A DNA stretch of 64,000 bases, taken from Lingula anatina. Taxonomy: Eukaryota > Animalia > Brachiopoda. The DNA lies in assembly GCA_051362555.1 (NCBI GenBank), contig CM120646.1, positions 11,904,001 through 11,968,000 on the forward strand. Direction: 5' to 3'. The notes beneath the pieces were generated by a model, which was not told where the DNA came from, searched no databases, and was given only the letters and a program-made list of their open reading frames with translations. The position numbers and the translations under genes are program-made. Below are positions 53,290-64,000 of this stretch, one piece after another. How positions within the stretch are numbered: position 1 is the stretch's first letter; every line of letters begins with the position of its first letter.

Positions 53290-54543
53290 CAAGTGTCAGA
53301 TTTTCTGAAGACTATAGGAACCAAGTTCAAAAATTGGCAGCAGATCTGAGGGCCCGATATTCTGAAGGGTAGAGGGTCCATTATTCCAACTGCTTTTTAG
53401 TCCAAGGGTCCACTATTCTGAAAGAGGTTATTGACAGCCATGATATTGCTGTTGAAATTAATGGAGGTTGCACAAGGTCTCAAACTGTAGCAGATTTCAT
53501 TGCTTGTGATGTCAAATTATTTTTTTCACCTGTATATAGTGATTCTAATACAAGCAAAAAAAAAATTCAACAGATGTAATTCATGCAGAATTGTAAATTA
53601 ACTCCACTAGCGTTTATCTATATTTGTTGATTTGTTGTTTTTTATTTATACATCTTCACCGCATTTGCTGCTCTCCTGCATCATTTTGTTCTCTGCATGC
53701 ATATACTTCAGCTCATAGACTCCTATACACATGACTTTAAAATAGCAGCCCCTCGGAACAAGGGTCCCTTGACGCAAAAAAAACCCTGGGAACAACTAAC
53801 CCTCAGAACAACGGACCCTCAGAATATCCCGAATAATACCACAATCCTTATATTAAGGTGGTCAGTGTCTCTGTTTTGTTGAATATAGAGTGAAGATCAA
53901 GAGTCTAATTTCTGTCTTCCCATTTGCCTCCATACAGCAAGAAAGGTGGTATGACAGATAGATAAGGAATAGGAGCTGACAGTTGGAAATTAAAAGAAGC
54001 CTGAACTAGCATCTTCCAGTGGTGCTCTGATTTATTAATTGGAAAAAAATTCTCTTGCAGGAAATACATTATGAAGTACTGCACATGCCTATATGAATAT
54101 TACAGTATTGTTTAATTATTTTAATATTGTACATGATTTGTATAAAGGATATAGGGGTGAGCTTCAATATTCCAAATCTGTAGGTCTGCTATTCTGAGGG
54201 TCTTCTATTCTGAGGGCCTGCTATTCCAAAGGACCCCTATTCTGAAATATGTGTACAGGTACAGACAGAGCACAAAGACAGCAAGAAAAGTATAGTAAAC
54301 AAAGTGCCAGCAGGCACTTATGTTGTAAAAGTCTACGTTTCTTTTACGTTTCTTTTACGTGGGGGTCAAGGCTCAGCCCTATAACGCAAATAATGCAAAT
54401 ATCACATCAAGAAACTTATTCGGAATGGCAGACCTCCAGAATATAGGACCTTTGGAAAAGCTGTCAACTTCGGATCAAGGCTCTAAGTTTCAGAATAGCG
54501 GACCCTCAGAACAGCAGGCCCTTGGAATGTAGGGTTGCCCCCA
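53290..54543. mobile_element. Two degenerate DNA-transposon remnants with arrays of ~15-16-bp subterminal repeats
   Basis: GGGTCCRCTATTCYGA-like units at 53350-53422 and 54180-54246, inverted (TCAGAAYAGCGGACCC-like) at 53740-53835 and 54418-54530. Confidence 0.6.
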
Positions 54544-54865
54544 GATTAAGTATTGTTTTTAAATTTTCTTAAGACCATTTTATCAAGATAAAACTTCAAT
54601 TTTTCTTTGCTGACAGTTACACTTGTTAATATTTTATCCATAGACAATTTTTGTAAGCTTATACTAGTAGAAGAAATTGGAATAATGATCTTTCTTGAAC
54701 ATGCTTTTTTTTTTTTTTTTTTTTTCTGGACTTACCTTGTTTTAACTGTAGGATTTAAGGATAAATCTTCAAAATTAAGGATACACACTTTTTGAAAAAA
54801 AATTATTTTGCCTCTGAAGGGGCTGGGGGAGGGTAGATCCAGGTTTTTTTTTTTTTTCTTTTTCA

Positions 54866-54892
54866 TGTGTGTGTGTGTGTGTGTGTGTGTGT
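54866..54892. repeat. (TG)n microsatellite
   Basis: Direct read. Confidence 0.9.
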
Positions 54893-55892
54893 AACCAAGA
54901 ACAGGTAAAAACGTCAGCTTAGTTATTTACTACAGTTTGTTTGTTAACCTGGCTGTCAAAAAAATATGCAATTTTTATAACTTTCAAGATTGGCAAGATA
55001 TTTCTTCAGTTTTAAATATATCTTCCTATCTAACCAGCCAATCACTATGAAAATCACACTTTTTTAAAGAGGGAATCAGGGAATTGCTATAGATTGGAAT
55101 CAGAAATTGTCCACAAGATTGTTTGTTTGTAAATTGACAGTTTCTTTTTTTTTAAGCAAACTGTCTGTTGTTATTAGGAGTAATTTCATGTGAAAGCATA
55201 TAAATCAAAAAGAGGTATTCAAGATAATTTTGATATCATTTTATGTAGTGCTTTTAACCAGCTTTAAATTGCCATTTAGATCATTTTGATAGTTGTGTTG
55301 GTACTTTTCTCCCCAAAATAAAGAAACAATGCCACCTGTATGGCACTGCAATTGAACTAAGTAAAAATAATTTATCTATAAGAAATATAGGAATGACCCT
55401 TTTGTCACCACAAACAGAGCTACTGATCTAAGACTTCAAGAAGCCAAAATTTTTCTCAGTTGGTGAAAGTGCTTGGGTCTCATCATCTTACTTTGCCCTC
55501 AGACCTTAATCCTCCACTCTGTTGCCTTACAGCTGCAGTTCCATTTGTGAAATTAAGTAGTGCCATAATTGTTTTTATAACAGCTACGAATTTTTGAGGA
55601 AAAAAAAAGGAGAGGATTTTTTGCTCTGTTTTTTGGTTATTTTGGCTTTTGGTACTTTGGAGTCACTTCCTATTCTGTGTTAATACAATGGGGTTAACCC
55701 ATTGTTCTAATTCTCAACCTTGTTTGGGTAAATGCACTTTACCTGAGATGAATAACTCCTTTATATTTTTAGCCTAATAGGTAAAATAATTGATTCTTAT
55801 TGTGTAATGCGGTATCTGCTTTAACCATGGAAGGTGGGGAGACTTAAAATATTTTTTTGATACTCTTCAAGAAAGATATACTACTTAACATT

Positions 55893-56282
55893 GGTGATTA
55901 CATCAACCACACACTGGCACCCTGGGAGTGGAGGGGTGGTGATTGCATTCACCATACACTGGCACCCTGGGAGTGGAGGGGTGGTGATTGTATTAACCAT
56001 ACTTTGACACCCTGGGAGTGGAGGGGAGTTGATTGCATTCACCATACACTGGCACCCTGGGAGTGGAGGGGTGGTGATTGTATTAACCATACTTTGACAC
56101 CCTGGGAGTGGAGGGGTGGTGATTGCATTCACCATACACTGGCACCCTGGGAGTGGAGGGGTGATGATTGCATTCACCATACACTGGCACCCTGGGAGTG
56201 GAGGGTTGGTGATTGCATTCACCATACACTGGCACCCTGGGAGTGGAGGGGTGGTGATTGCATTCACCATACACTGGCACCC
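55893..56282 (+). repeat. 45-bp minisatellite, ~8.7 copies
   Basis: Unit GGTGATTGCATTCACCATACACTGGCACCCTGGGAGTGGAGGGGT with an alternating variant (..GTATTAACCATACTTTGACAC..). Confidence 0.97.
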
Positions 56283-57137
56283 TTATTTTTTGTTTTTTCA
56301 TATAAAGAAAATGTCCAAAATGTCCCCAGAGAGAGAGAGAGAGAGAAAGAGGGAGAGAGAGAGTTTTGAAACAGTGTGTGACAAATTATTGGTGTATTGT
56401 TGATGGAAAACTGTTTCATTAAAATGAAAGTTATCCTCTACTATGGGTTGCATTTTGCATACATTAATATTGTGCTAAACCATAGGTGCATTTGGACCTT
56501 GATATCTTTGAAAATTCCAAAATTGCCAAAGAAAAATATTTTGAAACTTTGATGGGAAATATTTAGTTTTCACCCATTGAGGTGCCTTTGTAACATTTCT
56601 AAGATTTTCAAAAAAAAAAGAGTTAAGTTTAGTGAGCAAAAAATTATTTACCATTCTTCTTCTTATTATTATATCGATTTATAATACAAATGATAAAAAT
56701 ATCAGCAATAAAACAAAAAACGACAATGTCAGTTTCGGTACTAACTAACACTTAGCAAGAAACCTCCGATTTATTTCAACAATTGCACTAAGGTGTTGCT
56801 TTCACACATTTAAAGGTACAGACCCGTTAAGCAGCCCTTAAAAACAGAAAAAAATATCAAGATAATAAAATTCTACTATGCTCCATCTAGTAAGAACAGC
56901 TAATGGTTTTAATTTAATAGTATTCTGACAATGTGTCTCTGAATTGCATTGTCCAGAAAAGATGACCACCACATTTTTTTAACCACTGGGTTTACACCAC
57001 ACCATGCCCTGGAAGATCTCAAGGTGCCCTTAAATGGGCATGTAACCATAGAGACAAGATGCCCTTTAATGGGCATGTCACCATAGCAACAAGATATGCT
57101 TAAGAGTAACCTCTGTAATGAAGATGGATGTAGGTAT

Positions 57138-57140
<3 letters not shown>

Positions 57141-57208
<68 letters not shown>
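57141..57208. repeat. (AT)n microsatellite
   Basis: Direct read. Confidence 0.95.
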
Positions 57209-57215
<7 letters not shown>

Positions 57216-58211
57216 AGAAATTCAAGGTACAATTGGGACAGTTACCATATTTAGTCATGAGGTATATCCTTAGCAACGAGGTAGATATGGAAGTATAGCC
57301 CTATATCATTTTTCCTGAACAAAAATCATAAGAGTGCCTTAACATTCTATTGCTCACGCTGCTGTAAAACACTTGTATCAAACAATTGAAGTTAATGATC
57401 AGAATATTTTTACCCCATTTTATCTCTAGCAAAATATAAACATATGACTCCATTTCCATCTACAAGGGCATACTATACTTTATTATTTAACACCATTATT
57501 TCTAGTGTTACATTCAATGTTGAATGTAGTGTTATAAACTATTCTTATTTCAATTAGGGCTCTTCTGTTGTACTGTACCTGAGACCTTTGGTGGATGAAC
57601 CCAAGAACCCTGATTCCCATACCCCTGAGAAAATAACATCGAAGTTAACAGGAACAGTTAGTAGTAGCTAAAAATGGAAACTACAAAGAAACAAATGCAA
57701 AAATAAAAGAAATGAATTCCCTGGCAGCAATATCAGTGTGTCACACGCACTTTTATATTTGTCTGATCTTTTTGTCCTTTTTTTTTATATTTTACATAAA
57801 AACCTCAGTTTATGACCACCAAGAAAAAATAATAGAAAAAAGAAAGCTTAACCCCTTTTGCGTCCAATTATTATATTTGTATCAAATGACTAACATAACA
57901 CCCCCATTAAGTAACTTAAAAAAGTCAAAAGAACAAGCCGTGTTATCTGAATTTAGCTCATGAATGGTAAATATATCCATATGCATTCCTGAACACAGAT
58001 GCACTGTGGCAGTTTTTAAAACCACCTCAGTATTTCTGATAAAAACAAGAACATTATAACCAAAGAAAGTAAAGAAAAGGATTAGTGATCAAATATTTTC
58101 CATCAAATTTTCTTTTCTGAATTTCAGTAAGTTTATACAGTACTGGCCTATATCAAATAAAATCAAAATTATTCTAGAGAACTTGCCATATCGTGTTTAT
58201 ATGCGAATCTC

Positions 58212-58358
58212 GGCCCCTTAACTTGAAAGCATCGTGCATTGCGACCGAACGCAAGTGTTTCAATTCCATAACTCGCCCATACTTGCCCCATATAATACAC
58301 TGTAGCCTATATGTGATATCACTATTCGCACTAGGCGATGCTTTCGAGTTCAGGGCCC
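58212..58358. mobile_element. Short MITE (GGCCC termini, Harbinger-like)
   Basis: GGCCCCTTAACTTGAAAGCATCG ... CGATGCTTTCGAGTTCAGGGCC imperfect TIRs. Confidence 0.72.
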
Positions 58359-61017
58359 TGATTAACTTCAGCGAGAGACCCTGTAGAGTTGGAGCGATCT
58401 ACATAGACCGTTAGTTTCAATGGAAAAGAGCCCATAGACATCTTTTCTTAACATGATGTGATAAAACCCATGAACACCAAAGCAGCTATGTTATTTTGAA
58501 GAATCTAAAGTGCATTGGATAAGGGAGAAAATTTCCATTTGTTATTAATATTTTTTTATAATTAAGCGGACTTCTCATAGCAATTAATTCTGTTATCACT
58601 ACGAGGGCAAAACCAGAATATGACATTTCTAAAATAATGTTGGAGTTGTGTCAAAAATTGTTTCGTCTCTTTAAGTACATTTGAGATATAGACCAGATCA
58701 AAAGGAACAAGTTAAAACCTGTGATAAGATAGCATACCCTGTACAGATCGACTTCTATGACATAAAATGAAATGCATTGAAACATAATAAAAGGAGGACC
58801 ACCAGCATAAACTTATACCAAACAATCAATAAATTGATTTATCAATGAATTTATTTATTCATCTACTCTAATTGTGTGTGAATAAAGGGGCAGGGGAGAT
58901 GACTTAAAACTGCTTTTGTGTAACTTTTAAACAACAGACCTATACCTCTCAAGGGATGATTTAATTTTTAACTTCCCTCATAAACAAGCAGTGACCAAGC
59001 AGAGCTTCCACAGACTTCAACCATTCAACCACTGTTAGTGAACTCCTCGGGTGTTGGACCTCACTGGAAGAAGGATGACCCAGCAATGACCTGATGTTTT
59101 TTATCTCCTTGCTATATCTCTTAAGTCAAAAGTGTTATCACAGTTTAATCATATCCCAAAGGAAAAATTAGAAAATCATATGCCGCATGTGCAAACAATA
59201 CCTGCAGGTATGGATGGAAGCACACTAAAAGTACACTTCACATTTCCCCTCCCCCCCCCTTCTAACTTCTTGGTATTCACTTACTATTTACCAAAGGAAC
59301 TTAATGTCATTATCTAACCTTACTCCCATTTTTTCATGTGGAAAAGTACATACAACCTTGGGAGTATGGAAAATTCAAAGAGAAGGGAAAATTCATAGTG
59401 CGACTCGATAACTATTATAGAATGAAGTATCTCGTTCAAGATCTTTACTTTGGTAACCCCATTTGTGTGCGTGTGCATGCATGCATATCTAAAATGGATA
59501 TATTCAAACACCTCCACAGAGAACTACCTACATGTAATAAATGTAAGCCACTGACACAACTTGGATACATCACCCTATAAAATATTCAGTCTTTAAGTTA
59601 ATATTGCTATCCGTAAAGTGCACAGGACCTTCTATTAAAAGTACCCGTATCCTTTATGCCTGTTAATGTAATGGAAGAAGACTGTTATGCTGCTCAGGCG
59701 ATGCTCCAACAAAAGGACCACAGATACATCAAACTGGCCGTGAGTGTGCCAGTGGCAGATGTAAAGTAATAAGCTATCAAATCACTCTCTTCACCCCCAG
59801 CTCTTGCTGATGCTGGTATCATAAATATTCTGGTCATGGAGTACTGGCCATTGACACCTGGTGTCCATATACCACTGCTGTAGATTATGATCTGGATGAT
59901 TGAGGTACTGACATGATTAAGACAAATCCAAATCCCCCCCCCCCCCACCAAAAAAAAAAAGAAAAAAGAAAACATAATTAGAAACTGTTTTCAAAAATAT
60001 CTCATTTCTTTTTGAAAACATTTTCTTCTTATGTCCTCCCCCCCCCCTTTTTTTTGAGGGGGGAGAAGGCGAGGGGGTTGGTTAATTATTCAACTTGTTA
60101 CAGATAAACAAATCTTCTGAATCCATTTTTTGCTCTGAGTTTTTTTATATCGATAATGAAGTTGACTGCCCCATTAATCTGTACGACAGCAAGGACTTGT
60201 TCCTAACTTAAAACATTTCAGCTTTGAACATACATATCCACTGTTTACTAGATAACACAGGCATTTGGCATACTTCATAGGCCTACCAGCACATCATAAA
60301 GGGTGCATACAGTTGCTTAAAAAAATACCCAATCCGTTTTGTTGAGAGGGTGGCCTCAAACTGGGTCCTAGCCTTAATTACCAAAGGTGGAGACGAATCT
60401 GTTTGTTTAGTAATGGTTTTCAAAAATCAAAATGAATTTTAGTAAAAAAAAATGCGATAATGACCACATGATGACAGGCATGTCTCCATGTCCATCCCTG
60501 CATGGTGTAAAATCCTTTATTTTGATCCATCTTTGTATGCATCAGTCCTGGTCAGCCTGCCAATATTACTTGAAAAATAAGACACCACTATCATTGATTT
60601 TTTCCTCCCAAGAACAGAGAACGTGTCAAAATAGTCAACCAGTATGTTATTTTTTGAAGAGGCAAGTCACTTTGATTGTTAGAGATGCTTTAATGTCACA
60701 TTATGTTGACCTAGATTAGTATGAATTCCAACAGATCGATTTCAATTCATTTAACGAGCCAAGATACCTTTTTGTAATTTAAATAGAGTGCTGATGTGGA
60801 GGCTCTGGCTGCCATTACATAATTCAAAGAATTTTATCCCAGTGTCTGAGATATGACCCCATTTTTTTAAGCAAAATAACCTATCACAAAGGTCGTTGGT
60901 GGTTTCAGCAAGACAGAAATATACATGGTACCATTGAAAAGGTTTAGATGGAGACAATATGTTATGAATGGCTTGGAAAAGTTTATGCTGGTGGATGCTC
61001 CTAATATATTCATAACC

Positions 61018-61056
<39 letters not shown>
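61018..61056. repeat. (AAT)n microsatellite
   Basis: Direct read. Confidence 0.9.
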
Positions 61057-61058
<2 letters not shown>

Positions 61059-62135
61059 ACCATCCTGATTATAGCTGACCAACTGTGATTTTTCTATGAT
61101 GTTACATCTTTTTGATTGGTCAGTGACATATTTATATCAATTTATAAACATGAAGAAATAAAATGGAAATAGATCTTAAATGGTATAAAGTGAGGGGTGG
61201 TATTGCTGGGAAACTATTTGCTGCATTAAGAATTAAATGATATAGGACTTATGATATTTAAATACTGCAATAGCAGTGAAGAGGTGGAGAGGTACTTATT
61301 GTTGAGGTCAGATATTTTTCACGGATTATCCCTGCCATAACTTATTCAGCCCAGAGGTTTATTACATATAATCATACTATTTACTATCCCATCTGATACA
61401 CCCTAGCCCATTTATAAAAAAAATCAAAAATCAAATAAATAAATAAAAATTAAGCCAAGAATATATCTAAAAAGAAAGAAAAAAACATAACAGAAACAAA
61501 AAATACTATTCAAAATCTGAAGTGAGAAAACTGTGATACAATGGACATAATAAGCAGGATTACACTGGCCAACATGTAAAATTTGAAATGATTTACGGAC
61601 ATTATTTAGTGCAGACTAAGTTGAGCTAGACAGACACCAGGTCTTAAAACACACAGAAAGCATATGAAAGAAATGAAAGAGAACAGAAGCTGCAAGTGAT
61701 AATAATAATAATATATCTACGAATAGACTATCATTTAATATTTCAATAGATCCACAAACCCCACCAGCTGGTTTTGTATATTGTAACTGGCAAGGATCAG
61801 GATATATGTATGTATATATATATATAAAACAAAGTTATCCCTGAGATGATATATCCCAATATATAATAGATGATAATAATATAAGTATATACTGTCAAGA
61901 CATGAGAATTAATTTTATACACAAAAAAAAATTTGCTGGGGACTTGGGCATTCCGAAGTCTTTTCCTATAATTCTACACCTATAAATTCTATTTTATTAT
62001 TATTAAATTATATCTTGAAATGCAAGATCCACCTGCACCAAGACTGAGGAATACACAAGTGACCAGCAAACATGCCACAGACGTGATCCAAAGGACCAAC
62101 AATCACCCTGTAGTACTGTGGAGTCTATGTGTGGA

Positions 62136-62291
62136 CCCAGGCTAAAATATCTTAAATCCAGGCTCAAACATTTCGACCCAGGCTCCAAGTTTTAAGAACC
62201 AGGCTCAAACATTTAGAACCAGGCCATTACATTTAAATCCAGGCTCAAACATTTAGGCCCAGGCTCAAACATTTAGACCAAGTCTCAAACA
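62136..62291. repeat. ~20-bp degenerate minisatellite (~8 copies) in probable bZIP 3'UTR
   Basis: Unit CCAGGCTCAAACATTTAGAA with variants. Confidence 0.85.
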
Positions 62292-63011
62292 CAGTGGAAA
62301 TGAGGGGCAGATTACCGTATAGAAAATATGAAAGAGAGGTCCAAATTTGAACCGCTAACAGTACTGGCATAATATATCATCTGCGTTTTGAGGTATGTCT
62401 TAAGTTTTTTTATGTGTTGAGGTAGAGGGGGTGGAGGGGGAGGAAGATATACCCCCCTGGAAAATGTTGTAATAAAATAACCACTGGTTTGAGAGTCAGT
62501 ACAACAGGGCAATAGTTTGGTACCATTATCCACTACTCCTACAGCAACTACTACAGCCCTGCTCATAACAATACCCTCATATTAGCCACATGGTGACAGC
62601 TCATCCAAAGTGCATTCCCTTCTTCAACCATCTCGTTATATCTGATGTGACAGAGACTAGGCATTCAATATTGGAACACAAGAAAGCCTTCTTCTAGACT
62701 TGACAATGACTGCTACGTTGACATCTACTCACATAATATTTGTACTTTATTTGGAAACCTATCACAAATGGCTTAATATATAGGTTATGAGCAATACTGG
62801 AGTTTGGTGCAACATTGTATCATAATTATAATAATTACAGGTAGATAACTAGATTATTCCCTGAAAAGTCATGTATTATCTTCTGTCGTCACCATCTTCA
62901 TGATGGCACCACTTATTGTCGTATAAATGAAGAGTATCTTCAACAGAGGTAGATGTCTTATTTTTTTCTTTTGACCTCAAATGGCCTTGACCTTGGAAGG
63001 CAGTCTTGACC

Positions 63012-63325
63012 TCAAGGTCGTGACCGCTTCTGGAGTAAAAGTTGCCTTAAGGAGTTTGCTTCTTCTCGCAAAGTAGCAACCTGAGCACGCAGAATTGCAT
63101 TTTCTTTTTCCAAAAAACTAGCCCGTATGGCAATTTCATCCTCCCGTGCTTTCCTGGCATCCCGTGATTTTTTGGCAGCACAATTGTTTCTTTTCCTTCG
63201 CTCGAAATACTTGTCATCTTTTGCTTCATCTGGGATGGCTTTTTTCTCACTTCTGGGTCGTTTCTGTGTCTGTTGGGTGGCTGCCAGGGCATGTGCCACT
63301 GCTGGAGACGTGGCTGCTTGGAGAT
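63012..63325 (-). CDS. PAR-family bZIP transcription factor (TEF/HLF/CES-2/giant-like), last coding exon; 5' part lies outside the window
   Basis: Acceptor ttttccacag at 63326; KRPRSEKKAIPDEAKDDKYFERRKRNNCAAKKSRDARKAREDEIAIRASFLEKENAILRAQVATLREEANSLRQLL = PAR-type extended basic region + leucine zipper; stop TGA 63014-63012. Confidence 0.93.
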
Positions 63326-64000
63326 CTGTGGAAAAAAGAAGTGATACAAAAATTAGGAAAATCATTTTTACACCTTTATTGATATAAATTATCAATAAAA
63401 AGGTTAAACTTTCTAAATTCTGAATGCAAGTTTTAATGTATGTTAACAATGTTATTCTAAATCTACCTGGAAAGATGAAGTCAACACAATTTTTAGACTA
63501 ATAATATTTGTAACTTGGCAACAGAGGTAATATATAAGCAATAGCAGATAATAAATACTTTGATCAGAAAAAAAAATCATCAAAGTTATCTATCTGCTAC
63601 TGATCAAGAAACTTGAAAAAGTTGAAAAGTTGATACACAAGCATCAATGGAAGGCGTGTTTGGATTAGGTAAGAATGTATCATGTCCTAAAGCATTCCAT
63701 GTAATAACAGTACTACCAAATTCTTGGTTGTCCAAGGGGCCACCACATCTTTTTGACAGGTGCTAATCAAGTTATATGCATGGTCAGTAAATACAGACAA
63801 GAAGAAGCAATGTCCAGTCACATTATTCACATAACAGTGCTCAAAATTTCATGACATGTGGTCATTAACAGCAATGACCATATGTCTTGAAAACAAGCTA
63901 GCTAACTTGTTTTCTTTCAAAAACACCAACACCAAAATTACACCTTCAGTCAACAATGAATGTGTCCGAAATAAACAAGCTCGTTTACTCTTATTACTTT

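Noticed and set aside
52920-53381. 153-aa minus-strand ORF
   Set aside because: Begins in a transposon remnant, with no recognisable motif or supporting splice structure.
55857-56403. Four overlapping ORFs with 15-aa repeats
   Set aside because: By-product of a 45-bp unit lacking stops; no clear start context, splice sites or family signature.
59694-59975. 93-aa minus-strand ORF with mixed composition
   Set aside because: Starts in homopolymer tracts, has no domain signature, and lies in the probable bZIP 3'UTR or downstream region.

Overview
AT-rich, intron-containing animal DNA. The H1 sequence and repeat style suggest a marine invertebrate, plausibly a lophotrochozoan (inference only). 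The first 26 kb is gene-dense: a 6-exon bacterial-type (Zn-MDR) L-threonine 3-dehydrogenase-like gene (-), a 5-exon secreted EPN-type C-type lectin (+), a solitary intronless histone H1 with 3' stem-loop (-), and a 25-exon SMARCC (BAF155/170) gene (+). About 36 kb without a recognisable CDS follows (MITEs, mini/microsatellites, enhancer-like patches), ending in the last exon of a PAR-family bZIP gene (-). Main leads: (1) a spliced gene at the left edge missed by the ORF track (DR1+TATA+Inr, signal peptide, very basic segment), with phase-compatible orphan exons that may wrap around the TDH, lectin and H1 genes; (2) a 53-bp tandem array giving SMARCC exon 5 fourteen identical splice donors, only the first productive; (3) a 34-bp perfect palindrome with a 7-bp TSD; (4) a D-box cluster downstream of the PAR bZIP gene. 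All coordinates and translations were read by eye.
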